Assembly: GCA_051362555.1 (NCBI GenBank)
Contig: CM120646.1
Coordinates: 19,158,001-19,222,000, forward strand
Reading direction: 5' to 3'
Source of the DNA: Lingula anatina
Taxonomy: Eukaryota > Animalia > Brachiopoda
DNA length: 64,000 bases
The notes under the pieces are model-generated. The model saw nothing but the letters and a program-made list of their open reading frames with translations, did not search any database and was not told the origin of the DNA. Shown piece after piece: positions 27,840-38,468 of the stretch. Both the position numbers and the translations under genes were made by a program. How positions within the stretch are numbered: position 1 is the stretch's first letter; every line of letters begins with the position of its first letter.

Positions 27840-28791
27840 CTGTTGTATATTCATCACACTCGGCTAGGAAGCTCTCCTAGAGGCAGACATTCACCAATTC
27901 AAAATGTAAACAAGTATATTTACGTGGATGCATTGTCAGTTTTTATTCGTAGACCCATTCGCTCGTCTGTTGTCATTTCTGACCCCACTCACCAAAAAAA
28001 TCCCTCTCTCCCGAGACTGGGTTTTCATAGATGATTCCTACTGACATCACATCATTTGACCTAGTTAGCATTTTTGTGTGTGATTTGATGAAAGCGAGTA
28101 GTCAAGCTGAAAAATATCAGATGACCCAGATTCAATTGAAATTGCAATCTCTTTTTATTGTGGTTTATATGTTCACGATTGCGCAAGTTGTATCACATAA
28201 CATCCACTTTAATATGTGCTGAACACGACCCGCATGTTCTAGTAACTTGTTTTTTAGGACACTGAGCATACACGCAACAGTCTAGACACGAGAGCTTCTT
28301 TTTTTTTTAGCAAAAATGCATAAGGTATCCAAGATACTCGTATAAGTAAGGGATACATACAAACATTCGGAAGCTCTTCAATGAGGTCACAGTTCAACTC
28401 TTAAAATTTAACAATAGATACAGAAACAGAACCGAGCAGAAACAAACAATTTTTAATTCCAATTTAACAACATAGTTGTAATGGCTAACCATGTTTTCAA
28501 AAACACACAAAACACCATACCAGTAATCCAAAGAAATATTTGCTCAACACAGCCCCAACTTCATTGTGGCGCACATGTTTACTGTTACGTAAGTTGTATC
28601 ACAATGCGTCCTCATTAATCTGTGATAAAGATGTCACCTTGCCTACTAGTAGTACATTTTCATTTATTGCTGCATATTGTCGCATGTTACGAGGTCTTTT
28701 AACAATATTTAGAAACGATTACTGAATTGCATACAACATTACCATGGTTATACAGAGGCAAATCTCTTTCTGCAGAACAATAGTTGAAAGT

Positions 28792-28973
28792 TTACATCTT
28801 TTCTATATCTATATAAGCGTGAACATAATCCAACCCATGATCCTGTGGGGCTGATGCCACAGCTTTTTCGTACTTCATAAAGAGCTTATCCACAATGGCG
28901 GCCTTTTCCTCCTCTGAGCGAGAGCTATCCAGACCTGAGAGGAAGGTGGAGTTGCTCCAGGCGCAGATGGGAT
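28792..28973 (-). pseudogene. Orphan, 5'-truncated methyltransferase last exon
   Basis: AWSNSTFLSGLDSSRSEEEKAAIVDKLFMKYEKAVASAPQDHGLDYVHAYIDIEKM*. Homology stops abruptly at ~28973, with no acceptor or upstream exons. Confidence 0.85.
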
Positions 28974-29499
28974 TTTTAATAATATAGAATTTTTAACTTA
29001 AAAACAATTTTCGTGGTCACATTAGAATGTCAGACATATTCACAATGCATGTAGGATTATCCGACGACCTTACACATCGAGTGTACATATCATCTTCGGT
29101 TTTAAATTATCAAAATTTGTTAAAATAATTTTCATTTCTTCGCGTTCTTATTTGTCACCTGATCGCTCTATCTCGCACAAACATATGTAGTAAGAACAAA
29201 CACAAAAATGGTTGTTCAAAATAAGGCCGATGAAGGCCGCATTTATTAGAACGCAGCGCTGTTTGATGAAATATCCCCACCAGAACTACATACTTAAGTT
29301 AAATAGCATTTTACGAATTTCCATATTGAATAATACCATTCACTCAACATATAAAGAAAAAAGTTGGAACAAAATGTGCAAACAAATTCTGTACCCATTT
29401 CATTTTGTGGAGTTCCAAAGAGGCCAAAAAGATCAATCGTAAGGGATATTAAGAATCAAAATACAGAAATCACCTACATGTCCATATAATTTGTTCACA

Positions 29500-30830
29500 C
29501 ATACCTGGTCAAAAAAGTTGTCCCTCCTACATTTCACATCATTTTTTGTTTTTTCTTCATTTTTACCTAATGACCTCCTCCATTAATGTAAAACAAATGG
29601 TTGACTAACCCTCAGGTGTACGTAGGGATACTTTGACAACTGTTCTAGAGATTGTGAATGCATGCGAGGGTAGGGAATCAAATATGGGTACCCGATCGCT
29701 TGTCATTTTGCCTCCATATTAAGCCTGGGTTATGGCCTTGCATCCCATTCTTCATAGCCCAGGCAACGACAGAGTAATTTTACATGAAGTTTGGACAATG
29801 CCGAGTGCAAAAAGCGTTGGGGTGCCTAACCAGACAATTGCATTTGAAGCTGCATGGATTTTACAAAAAGAAAATGTCAGACTCCTTGGTGTGCGTAGGA
29901 AAGCAGTCAGTATGGCCCTACAAAAGAATGCCTTGCAATGAAATCTTGAAGCTGAACAGATCTTCTGGTCGTCCACGAGTAACTATGGATCGAACACTGG
30001 TCAATATTGTGAGAGGAAACAGAAAATGATCGACCAGAACCACTTTTTTTGCAGCTGCATGCACGCCATTTGGTGAGGGTTTATCGGGAAATCGTCAATC
30101 CCAGACTACTGCAGCTTGGGTACACTTACAGGTATGATTAAGAAACCTAAACTGAGACCTTGACATGTCGGGGCAAGGTTGCAGTGGGCAAGGAGTCATC
30201 GAAACTTGACCATCCATCACTGGAATCATGTTCTCTTTGATGAATGAATCAAAGTTTCTGCTGTAGCCTAGGGATGGTCTGCTGAGAGTCGTAGGCGTGT
30301 TGGGGAACGTCTCTTGGAATAGTGTGTGCAGGAAAATGTCAAAATTAATTTTTTTTTCGTTTTTCTACCATGTTATAAAATCTTAACAGTTCAAAGGTGG
30401 TGGTAGATCAGTGCATTTTTTGGTAACATTACATGTTCTACGTGTAGTAGGTTGGTACTTCTGGAACAGAACCTGAATGGGGCAACTTACCATGAAATTC
30501 TCCAGAGTTTCATTCCCTTCGTAAGAGGTAACTTACAGGACAACTACAGACTACAACAACACAACGCACATGCCCATAATTCTCTTCTGGTGAGGGGTTT
30601 TGTTTAAAAAAAATGGAGCAGCCACCTTTAAGCCCAGACATAAACTCTTTTGAATTGTCTATGGGATGAATTCGGGAGCGTGCAATGCAGAGAAGAAACT
30701 GCCCACCTACTAATCTGGACAACCTCTGGCAAGGCCTCCAGGAAGATTGGGATAATATCCAAGAAAACACTCATTACTCTTGTTGGTAGCATGCAGCACT
30801 GCCTAGAGGCAGAATATTAGAATATGCGGT
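29500..30830 (+). mobile_element. Decayed Tc1-family transposon (transposase pseudogene)
   Basis: Frameshifted motifs SGRPRVT, KPKL, ARLQWARSH, WNHVLFDE..SKF, GGGRSV, LSPDINS, PTNLDNLWQGLQEDWDNI, LVGSM. A Tc1-like terminus (TACCTGGTCAAAAAAGTT) lies near 29502. Confidence 0.85.
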
Positions 30831-32713
30831 TTACAGGACCAAGGAATCAATGCTACTGATGATTTCTTAAAATTCTCAATGACCTCTTGAGTGTTAGAAA
30901 ACATAGGAGTGAATATCAGCAGAGGTCAAAATTTTATAACATTAGCAAAGTTCGCTCTGCCCTTACATAATTAGACACCAAAAAAGTACTCTGAGAATGC
31001 TGATAGAAGAACCAACATGAAAAAAAAAACAGTGCCAAAAAATCTTAAGTCCCCAAAAGAATCAAGGCAGCGCCTGAAAATACAAAAAGGGCAGGGAAAG
31101 AAAGGTTATATCAGAACTTCAGTGGGTGGGATTAGTCTTGAAGAAAAGCACATGTGCATTCAGTTGCCCTATTTAACTTCTCTTTATTTCATACTTTATC
31201 TCAGCTCCTAGGCATCTTTCAATTATTTAGTTTCTCCCATTACATCTTTTTTCGAATTATCTATGCCCATCCACCTTTTTTCCCCAATGGGGAATATGGG
31301 GATTTCATTTTCATAGACAGTGAAGAGAAATGGCTCTATTTGCTAGAATCATCAGGCTCATTGACGTTATTAACTTTGCTCACATCATGTCTCATCACCT
31401 TAACATGAAAAAGTTTCGAAATCAATAACAAGAAAGACAGAGAGAAAATTCACTGCTGTGAAAAAATGAGATAAAAGGCCTTTATTCAAGAGGACATGTC
31501 TTTAAATCCTACAAAATAAAGCCTGGAAGTAAGAAGTCTGTCAAGAATACACAAAATGTCTGTTTGCCTTTACACTAGTTGAAAAACAGATTTAGTTGTT
31601 TGGCAGTAGAGGGTAGATGGTTGATTCTGAAATTTTTGAATGTGAGGGAAACTTGAACAGTTCAGAACTGAAAAGCAGTGAGAAAGTGAAGAATCTGCAG
31701 ATAGATGCCTTGGATGAGATGTTGATGAGAAATGTACAAAGGAAAATTGTGTGAAATTTGATGAAATGCAGGAAGCAATTTTTTAAAACTATTAGAAAAA
31801 GGAGAGAGAGAGAGAGAGATAAAAAAACAGATTACACTAATTAAAAAGGCATCTGATAATGTTGGAAAAAAATATGTGATACATGAGGTAGTGAGATTGC
31901 CCCAGATAAAAAAAATGATCATAAAAAAAGAAATTGCACCTGTAAATAGAGCTCAAGAAGACAAACATATTGCTACAGATTGCTCCTTTCACAAATCTTG
32001 GTGAAAAGGAAATACAGGTAACTTCCATAGAATGTCTTTGTGAAATTCTCATAATAAGTATTAACAAGTATCAGACACCCGATGGGATTTACATGAAAGA
32101 ATGATGTCATGAATGTAATATAACAGTAATAATATATACACCCAAATATTTTTTATCCTTGCACTACTGTAATACATGGAGCAATGTTGTGTGCATTGTA
32201 GGAATGTTCATCCTATCTGATGACAGCCCTGTGCGTTGACTAAGATGTTCTGTGATAAAAATCCATCACACTTTTAGGAAATAAAGAGAACATTTTGGAT
32301 TCATTTTAGGGAACATATTAAATCTAACAAACGTACAGGCATCAGGCAACATCTGCAGACCTGCAACCATATTGTCAGCCTATAAAACGTTAAGATACTT
32401 ACATCAAGACCCAAGCCCTTATATTGCTTGGTACTTCAATTTTTATTGAATCTTTGTTATTTGCACACACACACCCCCCCCCCCCCAAACTTAGCAAAAT
32501 CCTGGATCCACCTGTGCTAAGTATACCCTGACCATGGAATTGATAGACATAAAAATATTATAGTCCCCACATGACATGACTGAGGGCCCAAATAACTTTT
32601 TCTTGGCATAACATACAACCCTTTTTGATACAGCTGACTTGGAGACAAGCCACTGTCATTTCGACTATTTTTAAAAGCCTTCCTGATAAAATCGAGCAAA
32701 AATAGTGCAAATC

Positions 32714-35700
32714 TTAATTTCTTTCAATGTCTATATAAGCGTGAACATAGTCCATTCCATGATCCTCTGGGACTGATGCCACAGCCCTCTCGTACTTCAT
32801 AAAGAACTTATCCACAATGGCGGCCTTTTCCTCCTCTGAGCGAGAGCTATCCAGACCTGAGAGAAAGGTGGAGTTGCTCCAGGTGCGTAAGGTGGGGATA
32901 TACCACTTGGCATGTTTGGCTGCTGCCTCTGGGTCATCTGAAAGAGAGAATGGGCCCATGATTTACAAATTGCTGTACTGTTCGACCGTACTGTTTCAAT
33001 TATCATTCAACTTTACCTCAGTATAATACAGTAAATAAGCCATCTCTCCTTTTTATATACTCTGATCAGACATAACTAAAATTTTGCTTCAATGCACGTA
33101 TACATGTTATATAAAAAAAATTATAAATAAAATTAAAAGAATACCTTTTTTCCCTTCTCTGACCCATCTTTCATTGTATGGACAACGAACAACCTTTGTC
33201 TCTATGGTAACCAGCTTCATACCAGCTTTAGACACAGTGGAATCATGATCATTGAAAGGAGCACTGTATTCTTCAATGGTTCGATAGTAGTTATTGAAAT
33301 TTGTATTGTCAAATTCCTCCTGGAAGACAACAGATTGCAAGCTTTTGTACAGATAACAATTGTCTTACAAATACCACAATAATTTTACAACTTATTTTCT
33401 CACAATTCTCCAAGCTGATTCAATCATCTTCAATTTGCCAATACTACTCTGCATATGCAACTACTGTAAATGTCAATGAAATGCAATAAATAACCAAAAA
33501 CAAAAAAGTTAAAACATCAATGATAACTGAAAAGATGCCATATCATACAACCTAATTTTTCTTTTGTTTTTATGCATGAATTTCTGCTCTCTCTCTCCCC
33601 TGGCCATTTACCTGTGAGATCTCTCCCTCGCTGACCATCTCCTTCCAGTATTTGTTAAAGTTATGTTCCCCTACCTGTGTGATCTCTCCCTCAGTGACCA
33701 TCTGTTTCCAGTATTTGTTAAAGTTATGTTCCCCTACCTGTGTGATCTCTCCCTCAGTGACCATCTGTTTCCAGTATTTGGTAAAGTTATGTTCCCCTAC
33801 CTATGTGATCTCTCCCTCTGTGACCATCTGTTTCCAGTATTTGGTAAAGTTATGTTCCCCTACCTGTGTGATTTCTCCCTCAGTGACCATCTCCTTCCAG
33901 TACTTGTTAAAGTTATGTTCCCCTACCTGTGTGATCTCTCCCTCGGTGACCATCTCCTTCCAGTACTTGTTAAAGTTATGGAACATGTGCTCCTTGATAT
34001 ACTTTGTGTTTCCCAAGTACTGGCCTTCTTTGTCCACACAGAAACACACAACAACCATCCTACCACCTGAACAGCAAATGACAAATGAAGTATTTATAAC
34101 AATAATATTATAAATATAGAGGTGTCACTGTTTAGTTATACACATTTCAATGCATAAACGTAATCAATTAACTACAAAAAATCCTTTCACATAAACATTT
34201 TGATACTACACGTGATATACAAATAAAAGTGATAATAATGTATTAATGATCCAACTAATTTCAAATAGATTTAAAGATTTATTTCAAACAGATTTGAAGA
34301 TTTAATTTGGCTTGCAGTGTCTTCGGTCATAAGAGAGGTGAAAATGTGTTTATTGCCTTGTCTGTGATCATTCAGAACTGTACAGAATACCTGCCATGAA
34401 ATGTATCTCTATCCAGGAGATGGTTTCCCAAGACTAAGGCATTCTGGGTTTGTTAAGGAGCATTCCAAACATAAATTTTACCTTTGCCTACCTGATTTCA
34501 ACTCCTTAGCTCTAGCCAGAAGGATGGTTTCCCAGTCTTTGGCTGCCTGGGCTTGGAACAGAGCTTTCTCCGTAGGGTCTGTGATATCAGTGTGGTGTAA
34601 TGCTCCAGTGACTTTACCAGGTCTGCAAGCATTTTATATGTGTGTCTTTAATTATGTATTCAAATGTAGTTTTCTCTTTAAGGTTGTTTATCAGCTGGAC
34701 TGTGCTAAAGATAGTGATTAAGTGAGCTTTAGGTATGTCCAGTAAGCCTATGAAAAAGCATATTCTGTATCTTAAATTAAGATCCCCTCTTTACTTAACA
34801 TATACTCTTTATATACCTATCAAAAGAATGTAAAGCTTTTATAATTTCAAATGGCAATAAAATCATTTTAAGAAAACCGAGTTGATATGATCTATCACAG
34901 TTAATGGTGTACAAGCAGTGAATCTTCAATACTTTTTTAAAATACTAGTAATTATTGTAAATGAAGCTCAGAGGTGGAATAACCACAGACAATATTTTCA
35001 ATAAAATTTTATAAAATACCTGGTTTAATACCATCATACCTGGTGGTCAGCCAGTGCATTGCAGTGAAGGACATTCCAAAGTGCAGGCTACCAGGAGGCA
35101 AACACTGAGAGTAGAAACTGGTACCACTGGCCAACACATACACATTGTCAAACTCCTGCACGTAGGATGGTGGTCCATAACTCAGCAAACCTGGGTTTGT
35201 TAAAAAAATATCATACATCTCTAAATTATCAAAGGTATCATAATAATAATAATAAAAATCCAACAATTTGTCAGTCTCAATTGTTCCATTATTGTTTTAG
35301 AATTGTTTATGTTTTTCTTTTTGCTGTACCTGTCTGTCTGCAGACATGGGGAAACAGGTCAAGACAGCTTGAAATGCCAGAGGACCTGCAAGATTTATGT
35401 GAAAATACAATACATAATAATAAATCACATATGTTACCATAGACTAAATGAACTGAAATACATTTGGATCAGCACAGACTTGGGAGCACCTGCACGTTTC
35501 TACTTCAGTATATCCAAAGTTTTCTTCATGTCTGTCTGTCTGTCATTTGAAAACTCTGTTCATCCATGCTCAAAACGTTGATACAAGTATCAAGGATGAT
35601 TATTTCATAGCCTCCTCTCTCACTCACCGTGCACCCTAAAAAACAGTGACTTGAAGTCATTCACTGGCTGGTCCTCATACACCACTTGCACAGGTAAGTC

Positions 35701-36924
35701 TTTGCCGTGTTTTTTTCTCAGGAGCTCTGAAAGCAAACACAGTATATACATGTATTAATAAAATGTATCATCTCTCAGCAATACACTGAATTGACCAAGG
35801 GGCATGAATGTATATTAATCACGTGTTCTTTTAACAATTCCCATGCCCTCACTTCTTCATATGACTTGCTTAAGGACATTTACAGTTTCATTGCTAATTA
35901 AGCTTGGCATGCAAGAGAATCAAGATCATCATAAATAACTTATGAATAGACACTATGTTAATTTATAAATTAGAGATTTAATAGGTAAAAATAGATTCAC
36001 TTATTGGAAATTTTATTGTTAAGACATCCCGTAGCGTAGTGTGTGTGGCATGGCATGGCATGGCATAGCATAGCATAGTAGTTTCGAAATGTTTTGGGGG
36101 GAAGAGCCCCCAATCCCCAGGGGTTTTTGGAGCACTGCCCACATCATAGTCCAACATGGCGTAAGTAAGTAATGGTGTCCACAATATTTTGGTTGTTTTG
36201 TGACACTCACTGCTAGCCTCTGCTTACCGATCATCTTCTTGAGAAGAAACATAGATGTTCCCCCATCTGCAGTCCCAAAGTCGGCAATAATGAATGGAGA
36301 TTCTAAATCTTTCACAGGTACATTTCCTATAACAGCAATATTCAGGAATGAAAATCTACAAATCAAAATTATCCATAACCTTCAGAGTCAAGTACATATA
36401 TACATAGTGCACCTTCCAGGACAGAGGTGGACCAGTGCAGTGACAGCATATATGATTTTTGATTATACATTAGAGTAATGATGCTGCGCCTGTAGAATTA
36501 TTGTAAACCTTGCCCAGTTTAATAAACATTAGGAATACTATAGCTCTATATATGTTATAAAATGTATATCTTACCCTGAGCATTGAAGGCAATAGGAGTA
36601 ACTGTATCATAATAATATACCTTAGGCCGCATTCAGAACAGCAGACTTACTAGTCCGCAGGTCAAATATGGCTGACCCACTTGAATACTTCCCCACGGGG
36701 TATATATTCAGTGTCTATTAGCGGATTAGATGGTAAGCTTTTTAGTAGGTTGCCATATTTGACCCATGGACTAGTTAGTCCACTGTTCTGAATGCGGCCT
36801 TACCCAGAGCATTGAGAACCATAGGAGTGGCTGCATCTATAACATTAAAACATCCAATGGTGTTGTCAGTGTAGAAGCCAGAGCCCTCCTTCCCATAGGG
36901 TATGTGACTGTGGGGCACCTGCAT
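32714..36924 (-). CDS. SABATH-like SAM-dependent methyltransferase, paralog MT-5 (8 coding exons, 379 aa; most divergent copy)
   Basis: Exons 36924-36804, 36326-36228, 35726-35628, 35190-35040, 34622-34492, 34066-33927, 33319-33145, 32937-32714, totalling 1140 nt. An in-frame TGA upstream of the ATG supports the start. Confidence 0.92.
33605..33980 (-). repeat. Six near-identical 63-nt units = exon 6 3' end plus splice donor (MT-5)
   Basis: Unit encodes HNFNKYWKEMVTEGEITQ|VGE. Unit ends at 33927, 33864, 33801 (CAG>TAG), 33738, 33675 and 33612, each followed by GT. Confidence 0.97.
36625..36799. mobile_element. Harbinger/PIF-like MITE inserted within the MT-5 intron 1 splice donor
   Basis: TIR GGCCGCATTCAGAACAG / CTGTTCTGAATGCGGCC; TSD TTA at 36622-36624 and 36800-36802. 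Confidence 0.92.
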
Positions 36925-38198
36925 CTTGCCAAAGTCCCAGTAGGCAGTGCCTTCTCTTCACTCTTCACATGAAGTCTGCTACAAAAATATGGTTTCATAT
37001 ATATAATGGTTATATACTACAAGAAATTATTATGACTACTCCCTTCTCTTCTAAAGATTGAAATACATAGCATAGATACATATACAAAGTACAGAGAATA
37101 CTCAGTACTTCCATTACTAGAAACAGGGTGTATTGCTTTTCACAGGGTCCATAACAAAACCTAGCTAGTCCGACCAATAAATGGTAAATGATTTGGTATA
37201 TGGTCCTCATATTTGGTGGTGGATGCTGAAGATGACAATTCTTTTAAGGTGTGCACCTGTTTTCTTCCATAAGTTAGCAGATACATATGTAAGATAAGAT
37301 AATCTTATTTCCCCAAAAAGGAGAATTTGTTGTGGACTTGTTTAATTCACAGAAACAATATAATAATAAATGAAAACAAAAATAAAACAAGGGTTCAATC
37401 ATTCATCAGTACATATTTAAAGATTTTAATACTGAAAATAACCTATATCACTAGACTGAGATATAAAAACAAAGAGGTTAGCTATTTTCATTAAGACTGA
37501 GCATTGTTCAACCTAATAATTTATGGCACATATGACTTTTTGAAATGATTTTTACCGCTAATCCTATCAGGTCCACATGCTTTCTATGCATCATTGTCGG
37601 CTGTGCAGAAAAGTAAACAGGTGTGCTCACACATAACAGTGCTGACTTGCACTATTTTCGCTGGAATTAACTCATACAGAATGTTGAAGACTTGAGACAT
37701 TATATTAAGGCTCACCCCACCGTCACTCTCTCGCTGGTGCCTACTAGTATGCAGCTATCGACAGGAAGTGAAGGTCAAGTGATTTGTCGTCGCAATTTTA
37801 CTATTGCCCTGTCGGTGCAGAATGTACCTTCTATCTTCATCACGCAATATATTCGATGAACTGACCATAAATTAAGGGTCAAAAATATCATCGGGAGAAA
37901 ATGCAGACAGGGAAAGGATGCTGAAAACTATTCCGAACACCATTAAATTCTAATGTGGCGCAACATACTCTGTGAAAACACGTGTAGGCCCTATCTATCT
38001 ACCTGTACATGTAGGCCTACCTGTATATTATCGCAGCCTCTGTGTGTTGATGCAGCCTCAGCCTATATTATATAGGTCACAGTCCTTTCTTTATAGTAAT
38101 ACGCTTATTGCTTAGCCGCCGACTGAAATGTAGGCCTACGTAGATCGCCGACTCGACTGGGTGTCAAAGGGGACAAGAGTCCATTTATATATGGTATA

Positions 38199-38468
38199 TT
38201 TTTACCTCCTCCAAGGAGGTTATGTTTTCACCCCTGTTTGTCTGTCTGTCTTTCTGTCATCAACATAACTCAAAAAGTTATGGACCAATTTTGATGAAAT
38301 TTTCAGGAACTGTCAGAAGTGGGCCAAGGAACATATGATTAGTTTTTGGTGGTCATCCGGATCAATAATCAATCAATAATCAAAAATATCGAAAATTTAG
38401 GGGTGAAACGGCATTGGATGGAGACTGCCTTGGCGGAGGTCTGCGCTCTCTGAGTGCTTTTCTAGTTA
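38199..38468. mobile_element. Helentron-associated (HINE/DINE-1-like) non-autonomous element
   Basis: T-run start, subterminal inverted repeat ACCTCCTCCAAGG / CCTTGGCGGAGGT, (TGTC)n, ATAACT...AGTTAT palindrome and CTAGTT end. Confidence 0.8.

Noticed and set aside
30830-32150. Lys-rich ORF fragments
   Set aside because: Multiple stops and no recognisable motif; possibly decayed TE sequence but not assignable.
33605-33980. Regular repeat array considered as CRISPR-like
   Set aside because: The units are contiguous with no unique spacers, derive from exon 6, and lie in a eukaryotic context with no cas genes.
33652-34113. Plus-strand repetitive ORFs (LLKLCSPTCVISPSVT; MFPYLCDLSLSDH)
   Set aside because: Antisense shadows of the exon 6 repeat. 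The same applies to the plus-strand ORFs over other exons (189-557, 5650-6042, 26682-26990) and those inside the zinc-finger gene.
1-36924. Paralog array as uncollapsed haplotypes
   Set aside because: The copies differ by many amino acids and have distinct introns and TE insertions, far beyond allelic divergence.
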